Shown here: positions 1 through 10,000 of the stretch, in pieces
Layout: every line of letters begins with the position of its first letter
Position numbering within the stretch: the first letter of the stretch is position 1
NCBI GenBank assembly: GCA_030706265.1
Contig: JAUZOX010000001.1
Span: forward strand, 1-36,968
Direction: 5' to 3'
DNA: 36,968 nucleotides
Source of the DNA: Bacteroidota bacterium
GTDB taxonomy: Bacteria; Bacteroidota; Bacteroidia; Bacteroidales; Cfx3-03
Translations under genes and position numbers: made by a program
Notes under the pieces: generated by a model
Databases searched by the model: none
Told to the model about the DNA's origin: nothing
What the model saw: only the letters and a program-made list of their open reading frames with translations

Positions 1-298
1 AAGTTCTTCTTAAAATGTATTATCTATTTACATTCATTAATTATGGTAGGAATTATCCTATTTTGTACAACGAGAGAGAGGGAAGTATTAAACGGAATAA
101 AAAGTTGTTTGAAATTCACGTTTATTTTTGGTAGAAAATATAACGCATATATGTTAAAGTAAAATAGAACATAAATGCGTTATAATATCTATGAATTATT
201 CAATTATTATGTAGACCAAAGAAATTGAATGATTCTTTTTGAATCCTATATCTGTGAAGGATAATCGTATTTAATATTAAAGAGCGGTATCAGTTTTA

Positions 299-937
299 TC
301 ATGGATAAACTTGTTTCGTTTCTATTTCCTTTAATATTCCATCAGTCATTGAATGAAAGCTTAAATAACGGGAGTTTGATTTTAAGTATTTCAATACTTC
401 TCTGTTAGGATAAGATAATCTATCAAGAATGTTGTTGAATCTTTTGCCTTTTCTAATAGCTTCTTGAATAATTATCTCATGTTTTACATTGAAAATATCA
501 TCATTTTCATCCTTTCTTATCATCTCTATGGCAATATCAATATCGTTAACTGTAGGAGAATCTTTAATATAACTCCCGAACAGGATAACTTTTGATACCT
601 TAAAAATATATTTTGAGTTTTGGTTTACTTCTTGCACCCTTTCCATAAATTCAAAAAATATTTTTTTAGCTCTTTCCTTTGGAATCGCTATGAAAGCTTT
701 AGCATTTGCTAATGAATTTCCTTTTAACGTTTTGACATAAAGTATTGAAATTTGGGCTGGGTCCCTCTCTATAAATCCGAGATCAATGAGCTCCGTTAAT
801 ACAATTTTTGCTTGATTTTGATCTGTCTTTAAAAAAATTGCCACAATCTCATAATACAGGAAATCTTTTGATTTAAGTAAATCACGGATTTTTAAAAGTG
901 GAAATCCGGCAATTTCTTCTTTTAAATTTATTTTCAT
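299..937 (-). CDS. Winged-helix + minimal nucleotidyltransferase (Pol-beta superfamily) fusion protein
   Basis: 212-aa ORF. The C-terminal half has the NTase signature G[GS]-x(9-13)-DxD (ILFGSYIKDSPTVNDIDIAIE). The N-terminal ~70 aa resemble a wHTH (IVLTELIDLGFIERD). No narrower family recognised. Confidence 0.6.
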   Translation of the reverse strand: MKINLKEEIAGFPLLKIRDLLKSKDFLYYEIVAIFLKTDQNQAKIVLTELIDLGFIERDPAQISILYVKTLKGNSLANAKAFIAIPKERAKKIFFEFMERVQEVNQNSKYIFKVSKVILFGSYIKDSPTVNDIDIAIEMIRKDENDDIFNVKHEIIIQEAIRKGKRFNNILDRLSYPNREVLKYLKSNSRYLSFHSMTDGILKEIETKQVYP

Positions 938-1006
938 TTGTATAAGTTTTAAGGGATTAAGTATAGTTCAATTTTCAAATGTTGCATTGCATGTCAACTC
1001 AAAAAC

Positions 1007-1336
1007 TTAATACGTTATCTGTTCTTGTTGATAATGCTGTATGAATTCACATGCTCCAGATCCTGTAGCAATGGAGATGCTTGCTTGGTCACTTCGGTAT
1101 ATAATGACTTCATCAGTATTCGAGTAAAAACAGAAGTTGTGACCGTTCACAATACTGGCTACCCATTTCAGTTCTTCTTCAAATCGTTTAGCCCGATCTA
1201 ACCCATCATTGAATAAGTACGTGCTGAATTTATATGAGGTTATTCGATTACATGTATATTCAACTGCAACTACATTACTAACCCGGTTAACGTTTAATGA
1301 AGGTTGATGGGATATTTTCTTTTCACACATAGTCAA
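1007..1336 (-). CDS. Hypothetical protein (109 aa), immediately upstream of the NTase gene on the same strand
   Basis: Clean ORF lying 69 bp upstream of the NTase gene. No recognisable motif and no HEPN Rx4-6H motif seen. Confidence 0.4.
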   Translation of the reverse strand: MTMCEKKISHQPSLNVNRVSNVVAVEYTCNRITSYKFSTYLFNDGLDRAKRFEEELKWVASIVNGHNFCFYSNTDEVIIYRSDQASISIATGSGACEFIQHYQQEQITY

Positions 1337-1397
1337 AGGTTTAAAGGTTTATTTGTTCATATTCTTTTTCAGCGGTTGCCCAAGTAAGATAATTTTC

Positions 1398-1431
1398 AAA
1401 AAAACAGCAACCTAACGTGAATCAGGTTGCT
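1398..1431 (-). terminator. Rho-independent-type terminator downstream of the 148-aa gene
   Basis: On the minus strand, stem AGCAACCT/AGGTTGCT with a 10-nt loop, followed by T7 (A-run 1398-1404 on +). Confidence 0.5.
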
Positions 1432-1631
1432 ATTATAATACCACTCTTGTCTATGGATTTTTGGGGAAGACCATTGTACAATATAGCACACTAAGTTGAT
1501 ATGCCGACTAAATTGACCACTTCCCACCGTTTTAAAATGATCATCTTAATTTATTTGTTAATCATCAGCAAGGGAGAGTGATCAGGATTCTACGACAGTT
1601 TATGGTCAAATTAAAATTGAGGAATAATACC

Positions 1632-2078
1632 CTAGAACTTATCTGATCCACATGGGAATATAGGTGGTACAGGCGGCATACCTGGAGGTGTACTACCGGG
1701 CATTTCATTTGCACTATATGATGCAGGCGGCATACCTGGAGGTGTACTACCGGGCATTCCATTTGCACTATATGATGCAGGCGGCATTCCCAGAGGAGTG
1801 CAATCGGACATTTCAGGAGCACTATAAACAACTGGATAAAATGAAATAACATCTGGCCTATCTGTTAAGTTATCCATTATAAATGCAATTGGACTAACAA
1901 TAATTTTAATACCATCTCTAGGCTCAGGTAAAACAGGTAAGATGAAATCATCAAAGAGAAGAGGTTCATCATCTTCACCGTCAATAGTAGGTAAGAAATG
2001 AATAGTAGCAGAACCTAAACTTGGATATAATACCCCATTAAGTTCAATTGTGTTTCCACTGTAATTTTCGTAAATCAT
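1632..2078 (-). CDS. Hypothetical protein with C-terminal Pro-rich 18-aa tandem repeats
   Basis: 148-aa ORF. The N-terminal ~95 aa are non-repetitive. The C-terminus is GMPPASYSAN(G/E)MPGSTPP x2 plus a partial copy, encoded by the 54-bp repeat. Confidence 0.5.
   Translation of the reverse strand: MIYENYSGNTIELNGVLYPSLGSATIHFLPTIDGEDDEPLLFDDFILPVLPEPRDGIKIIVSPIAFIMDNLTDRPDVISFYPVVYSAPEMSDCTPLGMPPASYSANGMPGSTPPGMPPASYSANEMPGSTPPGMPPVPPIFPCGSDKF
1671..1800. repeat. 54-bp tandem repeat, 2 full copies + 1 diverged partial copy
   Basis: Units 1671-1724 and 1725-1778 differ at one position (catttcattt vs cattccattt). A third, diverged unit starts at 1779. Confidence 0.9.
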
Positions 2079-2781
2079 AGATTTTGTAGTTTAATTTATA
2101 AAATTGAAAAATCAATCATGTTAATGATTGTAGATGATTATGTTAGGATTAAATAAGACTTAATCAGAAATACTACTCCGAAATATATCTGGGTTTGAAG
2201 ATTCAATGAAGTTGATAATTCTGTTTTCATCAGAGTTAACTAAAGGATTTTATTAAAGATAAAGTTTAGGGAATTTTAGCTGCACCAAGGAGGAGTCATA
2301 ACTTCCTCCTGGTACAACTCTTTCCACACACACGGAAAGTAGGCGGCCAAACCTAATAGTAAATATCATCAAAGCCCCCTGTCGTATTGTTAATGGGTTT
2401 TATTTGCCCATTTAAAGAAGTAGGGAAAGGAACTCCAATGGAGCCCCTTCCATAACCAGGAAAGATTATTCAATCGGTTATTTTTTACTTCTTCCTTTTA
2501 AAAGCAACTATGGACAAGCATGTATAGAGAGAGGTTACACATGTTTATTTTGATTATCTGAGAAGCGGATTCATCAGCTTTTATAATACCTATCGGTGTG
2601 TCTAAAAGCATGAAAATAAGGGTTATATCATAATTATGAATTCTCGAACAAGGAATTATTTAGTGTGGTTCAATAAGAATTTACTGGTGATCAGTTGAAA
2701 AGTCTTACGCCAATATTTATTTTCACTGTCATTATTTATTTGATTGAACTTAAAAAGTTACTAGGCCCTCTTCTGTTGTTG

Positions 2782-2908
2782 ACTTTTGGCTAAACAAAAG
2801 TTTAATTACAATTCGGCCCTTCGGGCCGATTGTTTACCGTAGGTAACGTTTAGATGCGCAAGCAGCTCACACCGGAACGTGACGTTTAGATTGCCAATTG
2901 GCAGCTCA
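2782..2908. other. Cluster of short stable hairpins (candidate structured RNA or protein-binding array) in an ORF-free kilobase
   Basis: Hairpins: ACTTTTG/CAAAAGT (2782-2801), TCGGCCC-ttc-GGGCCGA (cUUCGg type, 2811-2830) and TTACC-gta-GGTAA (2835-2847). Two modules ACGTTTAGA..hairpin..GCTCA follow at 2846-2869 and 2882-2908. Strand and function unknown. Confidence 0.25.
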
Positions 2909-3183
2909 TTGTACTACTCCAGTATCCGGTATTTTTTATTCGAATCATTTATTTTCAACAGCAATAAGGCACTGGGTACCTTTCCCAACAGAAATCGACG
3001 GGGGGGGTTATTAATAGTGAGGCCTCGCTCAAAATATATAACCAATTTTTTTTTACAATATTTCAAAGATAGAGATCGAAATTATTTTGAATCTCTCTAC
3101 AATATAAATTATTGGAATACAGGCATGTTATTATTTATCAGTTAACAACTACTCTTATATTCTTACATGGGATGATCATAATG

Positions 3184-3429
3184 TTATCGATAATATGATT
3201 CATCTTTTTCATCCATCATAATATTTCTGTAGGAGTAAGTTGGAGTCAGTGCAGGGAATGTGTAAATTGTTTCGAAGGACATATCAATGAGCATCTCCTG
3301 CACTTTTGGGTCATTAGAGAATATACCCAGACCGTGTTGATTGTACCACTCGATTTCCTTATTAATGTTGTTTCTGTTATTTGCTTGCATATAGTTAAAT
3401 TTTTCAATGCAAAAATAACACAACATCAT
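3184..3429 (-). CDS. Hypothetical small protein (start more likely the internal Met at 3390, giving 68 aa)
   Basis: ORF only, no motif recognised. It lies at the edge of the integrase-element cargo DNA. Confidence 0.3.
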   Translation of the reverse strand: MMLCYFCIEKFNYMQANNRNNINKEIEWYNQHGLGIFSNDPKVQEMLIDMSFETIYTFPALTPTYSYRNIMMDEKDESYYR

Positions 3430-3505
3430 AATTAATACAAATAAATATAATAATATAATTATAAATCAATATTGAATATACACGTAATAATATATTATCA
3501 ATAGA

Positions 3506-4539
3506 TGAAACGCTATCATATTCGTCTCTATAAGTGCCGTTTAAGATAGGGTGCTTGTTGCAATTAATAAGATAGCGATAGAGGAAGGCTTGGAAGATTT
3601 AAAAAGCATTACACAGGATAGCACTGTTGTCAAAACCAATATTCATTACCCCACCAATAATTCTTTGGTTTGGGACTGTATCAAAAAAGCACCCATTTAT
3701 TATCTCAGTTAAAGGAAGAAATGGATACCTTGAATTTTATTGATTACATGAAATCGGCCAAGAAAACCTATTATACAATCAATATGACCAAGAAGGAAGA
3801 GAAACGATACGACCTGTTAAGTAAACAACTGATTCTATTTACCAAGATGATTAATCAAACCTCTAATGCGATAAAAAAAAAGTCCACGAGCCTTATCGCT
3901 TATTTCATTCAGTTAGAGTTGACAGAGTTGCTCCCCAAGATGCAACAGATATATGACATTACGTATCGGAAACAGATTCAAGGGAAAGAGGTTCCAAATG
4001 AAGACAAAATATTTTCGATCTATGAAGATCATACAGATATTATTGTCAAAGGACAGCGGGAGGTACTCTTCGGACATAAAGTAAATCTGGCAGCCGGAAA
4101 AAGTAATCTTATACTTGACTGTCAGATATTAAAAGGAAATCCTTCTGACAAATCATTGTTTCAGACCACGATAGATACAGTTATCAGCAACTATAGTATC
4201 GTGCCTCGCGACAGCACCACTGATGGAGGGTATGCCAGTTTAGAGAATTAGAATTATGCCAGGAAAGCAGGTGTTAAAAATATTGGTTTTAACAAGGTTG
4301 TGGGTAGTATGCAGAATATTGTCAGCAGTTTGAACATGGAAACCAGGTTGAAAAAGTGGCGCAGTTCAATGGAGGCAATTATCTCGAATGTTAAACGTGG
4401 TTTTAATGTATCTACCTGTAATTGGAAAGGATGGGTGCATTTCAAGGCCAAGGTTCTTTGGAGTGTTTTGGCTTACAATTTCAGAGTGATGACAGCGCTT
4501 ATTATAGTTCAAATGAAGAGTTCACTAAAAACAGGGTAG
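3506..4539 (+). pseudogene. IS5/ISNCY-like DDE transposase, C-terminal two-thirds, decayed
   Basis: Catalytic landmarks: QDSTVVKTNIHYPTNNSLVWD (first D region, ~3620-3680), STTDGGY (second D, ~4220) and RSSMEAIISNVKRGF (E region, 4360-4400). Lesions: stop and frameshift between 3513 and 3547, a frameshift in the A6 run near 3680, and a frame break between 4251 and 4300. Confidence 0.75.
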
Positions 4540-4693
4540 AAAGTCTTAATATTCTTCATTTCAATCGTTTAAATATTATTTACTACAAAGTGATATAAAA
4601 CAATATTGCATATGAAATTAAAAATCTCACAGTTATTAACAGCTTTTGGCCGATCAAAACTGAATAACTCTGATTGAATATTAGGTTTAAACA
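3506..4693 (+). mobile_element. Right-hand portion of a ~1.6-kb IS (the partner half is at 35111-35549)
   Basis: The terminal sequence attgaatattaggtttaaac (4673-4692) is an imperfect inverted match to ctttaaactagatttctcaat (35111-35131). Subterminal tgatcg motifs also match. Confidence 0.55.
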
Positions 4694-5084
4694 TGTCCCC
4701 TGGTGTTTATTTTGATATACAAATATCAAACATTATTACGTTGATATACAAATATATATGTTTCACGTGGAACAAAATACACCATGATAATCAGCTAATT
4801 AAAGATATGTTGATAAATAATTTACTACATTGTTAATCAGAACATTATGAGCATTAGTTGTGAACATTGAAATTCAAGAAATATTCCAGTATTTTTGGAC
4901 TTTACCTTTTTATACTGGACTCATTATTGCAATTCATTTTCTGAAACGGGTCTCTGAATTAATCGATTGAATGTGACCAAAATTTATTAAGGTTCAAAAA
5001 CACATCATCGATAATTGTTCGCGTCTTGAATCTTTTTTAATCCACGATTTAATGTAAATTTGACCCTGTAATAATTTGATTAGT

Positions 5085-5669
5085 ATGGATAAATTCTACC
5101 TTGAAAAAATTCTGATTGAAAAATTGAAAGAAGGCGATAAAAGCGCCTTTTCTTTTCTTTTCAATGCATATTATACAGATCTGGTATTGTTTGCTAACAC
5201 GTTTCTTAAAGATCAGGATAATTCTGAAGAAATAGTTCAGGATGTATTCTTGAAGTTATGGGAAGAACGTGAAGTTATTATTTTTACATCAACCCTAAAG
5301 TCGTATCTTTTAAAGTTAATTCAGAATAGATGTCTGGATTGGTTACGACATATAAAAGTCAAGAATTCTTATTACGAACTGGCAATAAATAGTTTACCTT
5401 TACTCGAATGTGATACTGAACATTATATTCTAAGATCTGAAATAGAGAATATTATTGAAAAAACAATGACGAAAATACCTTTTGAGCTATCAGATACATT
5501 TAAATTGAACCGTTATGAATGTTTGAAATACAGAGAGATAGCGGAAAAATTGCATATTTCTAATCGAACGGTTGAAGATCGTATCAGCAAGGTTTTAAAG
5601 ATTCTAAAGGAAGAACTCAGAGATTATTTCATTACAATTTTTATAATTCTGTCAACATTATTTTGGTAA
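5085..5669 (+). CDS. ECF-type RNA polymerase sigma-70 family factor
   Basis: About 195 aa. Region 2-like segment (AFSFLFNAYYTDLVLFANTFL..EEIVQDVFLKLWE) and region 4 HTH (LKYREIAEKLHISNRTVEDRISKVLKIL). The first ATG is 5085; the ORF track begins at TTG 5076. Confidence 0.9.
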   Translation: MDKFYLEKILIEKLKEGDKSAFSFLFNAYYTDLVLFANTFLKDQDNSEEIVQDVFLKLWEEREVIIFTSTLKSYLLKLIQNRCLDWLRHIKVKNSYYELAINSLPLLECDTEHYILRSEIENIIEKTMTKIPFELSDTFKLNRYECLKYREIAEKLHISNRTVEDRISKVLKILKEELRDYFITIFIILSTLFW

Positions 5670-5842
5670 ACAATTTCTTTTTCGAAGAATAAAATCAACT
5701 TACAACTCACACATATTTATCTACATTAGCTTTCCTACTGATCCACTTGATAGCTATAGGTATTTGTGAACTGTCTCGGATCATTTTTTTGACGTTATCA
5801 TTTTTTTTGAATGTGGTTTTCAATTTCTAAAACGTTGTTACA

Positions 5843-6901
5843 ATGAAAATGGATCATATGAATAATTTAGAACAAGAAGAGGCTCTTCGATTAATTACAA
5901 AGTATCTGACAGATAGTGCAACAGATGAAGAGATAGCCGAACTTGAATCTTTGATAAAAGCATCGCCTGCCAACTGGAATTATTTTATGGGAATGAAAAA
6001 CATATGGCATTCCCTGGACAAAAGTATCAATCCGGCTACGATATCACCCAAAAATGCATTAGACAATGTAATGAAGCAGATTTCAAATGAATACACTATT
6101 ATACGCCTTTGGAGATTTTTCAAGACGGCTGCAGCTATTTTGCTCATTCCATTAGTGTTAGGTGGTTTATTCTGGATGAAATTCACACTTGATAAAACCT
6201 CGACTGCTTATAAAGAGGTTTTTACAGCAAACGCTACCCGCTTAGCGTTCAATCTGGATGATGGAACGAAAGTATGGCTTAACGCTGGAAGTAGTTTAAA
6301 ATATCCTGAGAAGTTTACCAGTCAACAACGTTCGGTATATCTTAAAGGTGAAGCCTATTTTGAAGTTAAATCTGATAAGTCAAAGCCGTTTATTGTTAAT
6401 ACGCAATCAATTTCAGTTAAAGCCACTGGAACAAAATTTAATGTACGTGCGTTTCTAGACCAACAATTATCAGAGGTGTCATTATTATCGGGGCAAGTTT
6501 CTGTCTTTAAATCCGGATCAAAAGAAAATACAATTATTTCACTTTTAAAACCTAACCAGCATTTAGATTATAATACCAATTCTCATCAAGGAGTACTTGA
6601 AGAAGGTGATCTATACAAGTATATATCTTGGCGTGATGGGAAGATTATCTTTCGCAATGATCCTTTAAGTGCAGTTTTAGAACGTATAGGTGAATTTCAT
6701 AATGTTCATTTCCAGTGCACAGATAAAAAAATATTGGAATACCGCTATCATATTACTTTTCAAAATGAATCACTTGATGAGATTTTGGACATCTTAAAGG
6801 CATCATCTCCTATAGACTTTAAGATAATGAAACGAAGTATTGATTTATCTGATAGTTCAATGCCTAAACAAGAAATCATCATTTTTCCAAAACGGAAATA
6901 A
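5843..6901 (+). CDS. FecR-family anti-sigma factor / transmembrane sensor
   Basis: 352 aa. One central TM segment (AAAILLIPLVLGGLFW), then a FecR-like periplasmic domain (LDDGTKVWLNAGSSLKYP..YLKGEAYFEV) and a C-terminal DUF4974-like tail. Sits next to the ECF sigma gene. Confidence 0.9.
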   Translation: MKMDHMNNLEQEEALRLITKYLTDSATDEEIAELESLIKASPANWNYFMGMKNIWHSLDKSINPATISPKNALDNVMKQISNEYTIIRLWRFFKTAAAILLIPLVLGGLFWMKFTLDKTSTAYKEVFTANATRLAFNLDDGTKVWLNAGSSLKYPEKFTSQQRSVYLKGEAYFEVKSDKSKPFIVNTQSISVKATGTKFNVRAFLDQQLSEVSLLSGQVSVFKSGSKENTIISLLKPNQHLDYNTNSHQGVLEEGDLYKYISWRDGKIIFRNDPLSAVLERIGEFHNVHFQCTDKKILEYRYHITFQNESLDEILDILKASSPIDFKIMKRSIDLSDSSMPKQEIIIFPKRK

Positions 6902-6973
6902 AAATCATAATTAATCTTAAAACATAAATGCCTATGTAAAAGAAAATAAAACTCATTGTCAGAAAATAAAAAA

Positions 6974-7003
6974 AGAGGAAATGTGCGCTAACACATTTTC
7001 CTC
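6974..7003. promoter_or_regulatory. Hairpin in the anti-sigma/susC intergenic region
   Basis: GAGGAAATGTG-cgctaa-CACATTTTCCTC, about 11 bp with one bulge. No T-run follows on +, and an A-rich run precedes it. The role (terminator or attenuator ahead of the ECF-dependent susC promoter) is not established. Confidence 0.3.
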
Positions 7004-7082
7004 CAAGATTACTAGTCAATAAAGCTGGTAATAAATTTTTCGGAAATTCAATTATTTATTCATCGACTAATGTTACAAAGTT

Positions 7083-10000
7083 ATGAAAATAAAAATCATC
7101 AATGCATGGTTAGATAAACATTATATTTACAAAATCCTGTTCATTATGAAATTTACCTTGTTCTTTATGATACTCGGAATAATGAATATATTCGCCCTTA
7201 ATACATATTCTCAATCAGGTAAAGTTTCTCTCAATTTCAAAAACACCACAGTTGAAGAGGTACTAAATTCAATTGAAAAGGGAAGTGAGTATTATTTCGC
7301 TTATAATCAGAAATTAATTAATGTAAACCGAAAGGTTGATATTGTAGCAAAAAACAAGGATATCAAGGATGTGCTACGTGAACTTTTTAAGAATACTAAT
7401 ACCGATTATGTTGTAATCGATCATCAGATTGTTCTTTCACATAAACAAATTACAGAGAATGAATTGTCTGATATCCAGCAACAAGTTAAAGGTGTTGCGA
7501 TAACAGGAACCGTTGTCGATTCCAAAACAGGAGAAACTATTCCTGGGGTTAGTGTTTTTATTAAAGGAACTACTAAAGGTACACTTACAGATAAACAAGG
7601 AAAGTTTAACATTACTACAACTGACCCTAAAGCAACACTGAGTTTCTCATTTATGGGCTATGAAAGACAGGATATAAGTGTATCTGGGAAGACAAATTTA
7701 AACGTATCGTTAGTATCAACTGTGACAAATCTTGAAGAGGTTGTTGTTATAGGTTATGGTACTGTTAAAAGATCTAATTTGACAGGTGCAGTTGCATCAG
7801 TGAAAATGGATGACATACCAATTGTGGCAACTAATTCGGTATCAAACTTGTTAACAGGACGGGTGCCGGGACTTGTTATTACACAAAACTCCGCAGATCC
7901 GACAAGTGATTATTCTATCTTGGTGCGTGGTGCGACATCTACCGGAGCAGGGAATAGTCCGCTTTATGTTATCGATGGCTTTACCGGAGGAGATATCAAT
8001 GCCGTAAGTCCGAACGATATAGCGTCGGTGGAGGTATTAAAAGATGCGAGCGCAACAGCCATTTACGGGGCTCGTGCAGCCAATGGGGTTATTCTGGTGA
8101 GTACAAAGAAAGGAAAAAAGGGAAAACTGGAGGTGGGTGTGCAGCTTAATACGTCTGTTCAAACTATTTCTAACCCCTATAATATCGTTTCTGCAAAGGA
8201 ATATATGAGTCTCACAAATAAGTTTTATGTGGAAGAATGGATGTTTCAAAAGAAAATTGCGCCTTATGGCAACGTAGATCCCTCTACTGTAACAACTTCT
8301 CCCAAAGTTGCCTTTACAGATCAGGAAATCTCCTCTGCCAGTAATGTAACCAATTGGTTTGATGAAATATCCCGTACAGGTACTATTGACAATCAGAATA
8401 TCTCGATTAATGGGGGAAGCGATCAGGCCACATACTCATTATCTTTGGGACATTTCAAACAAAAAGGGGTTATATTCAATAGCGGATATGAAAAGTTTAT
8501 GGGGCGGTTGGCAGCTGACTTCAATTTGTCTAAATGGCTTACCACTGGTGTTTCGATTACTGGTAACCAGCAAAATTCTAATATGGCAGAAGGGAATTCT
8601 GGTACTGAGGATCCTACCGGTGTTATAAAAATGGCGTTGGCGTATCCCGGATATTTGCCTATCAGAGATGCTAATGGAAATTATCTTATAAATCCGGATC
8701 ACCCAACCTACCCCAATCCGGTTTCCTATAAAGAAGTGACTAATACTGAAATAAGCAATCGTTTTCTTATTACCAATTATTGGAGTGCCAAAATTAGGAA
8801 AGATTTGACATTTAGGGCCAGTATGGGCCTCAATCAGTCTTTTATCAGAAGTAATCAATATTACCCCAAAACAACCTTGCGTGGAATCTCTGTGAATTCA
8901 TACGCATCTATCGTGGAAAGACGTAATAATAATTATTTGTTGGATGCGACTTTAACCTACAAAAAATCGCTTTTCCAAAATCATAGCTTGACAGCGATGC
9001 TCGGCTATGCCTACCAAAAAATTATAAACGAAAATGTTTCGGCCTCGAATTCTGATTTTTTGACTGATGTGTACAATGTTTATAATTTAAGCGGAGGAGG
9101 AAACCTGACAAAAGGTGTTGGAAGTGGAAAGTCCATTAGCAAATACCTTTCCTATTTTGGACGTGTGAACTATGATATCAAAGATAAATATTTGTTTACA
9201 TTCACCCTGCGTGCAGATGGTAGCGATCGCTTCGGTGTGAATAATCGGTATGGATACTTTTCGTCGGGGGCAGTTGCATGGCGTATCTCGCAAGAAGATT
9301 TTATGAAATCACTGGAATCGATCTCAAACCTGAAGCTTCGCTTCAGCCTCGGCCAAACGGGTAATTCAGAGATTGGTGGGAATGCTTATGGTTATTACTC
9401 CTCAGGGAGTAACTATGTTATTGGTGGCAATCTACAAACTGGTGTTTCCGAATCCCAGTTGCCAAGCCCTAATCTAAAATGGGAAACGACTACAGAATTT
9501 AACCTTGGAATCGACTATGGTTTTTTCAAGAACCGGCTGAGGGGATCTGTGGATGTTTTTCGTAAAACTGTTTCCGATTTATTGGACAGCCGTAATGTGG
9601 GTTCTTATTATCCGGTATCTTCAGTTGCGGATAATTTAGGATCAACGTTAGGTCAAGGATGGGAATTCCAGTTAACAAGCACTAATGTGCAGAAAACTAA
9701 TTTCAACTGGACGACAACTTTAAGCCTCTCTCATTTTTATGATCGTTGGAAAGATCGTAATCCATATACTATATTGTCAGTCTATCAAACATCAACAGAC
9801 CCGTTGCATGTTGGATGGGGATATGTCAGCGATGGATTGATTCAGCCAGGAGATGATGTTTCGTACATGCCAGGGGCTGTCGTTGGAACGATTAAGTTGA
9901 GAGATTTGAATGGATGGCTCAAAGACGAAACCGGGAAATATATTTTGGACAAGAACGGCCGGCAACAGCTTTCTGGCAAGCCGGATCACGCTATAGACGA

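Noticed and set aside
1671-1800. Possible CRISPR array or DGR template/variable repeat pair
   Set aside because: The units are directly adjacent with no spacers, and there are only 2.5 copies. They lie inside a coding frame. No cas genes or reverse transcriptase are present, and the single difference between units is not adenine-specific.
1565-1852. ORFs 1565..1852 (-) and 1664..1849 (+) overlapping the 148-aa gene
   Set aside because: Their length is produced by the 54-bp tandem repeat being open in several frames. The products are low-complexity repeats (..CRLHHIVQM.. / ..AAYLEVYYRAFHLHYMMQ..) with no independent support.
2930-2950. TTCGAATC (tRNA T-loop-like) sequence
   Set aside because: No flanking GC-rich T-stem, acceptor stem or anticodon arm can be drawn. 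It is not a tRNA.
2879-3145. 88-aa ORF on + in the ORF-free region
   Set aside because: It starts at a non-ATG codon, runs through the G8 tract and AT-rich low-complexity sequence, and has no motif. I treat it as spurious.
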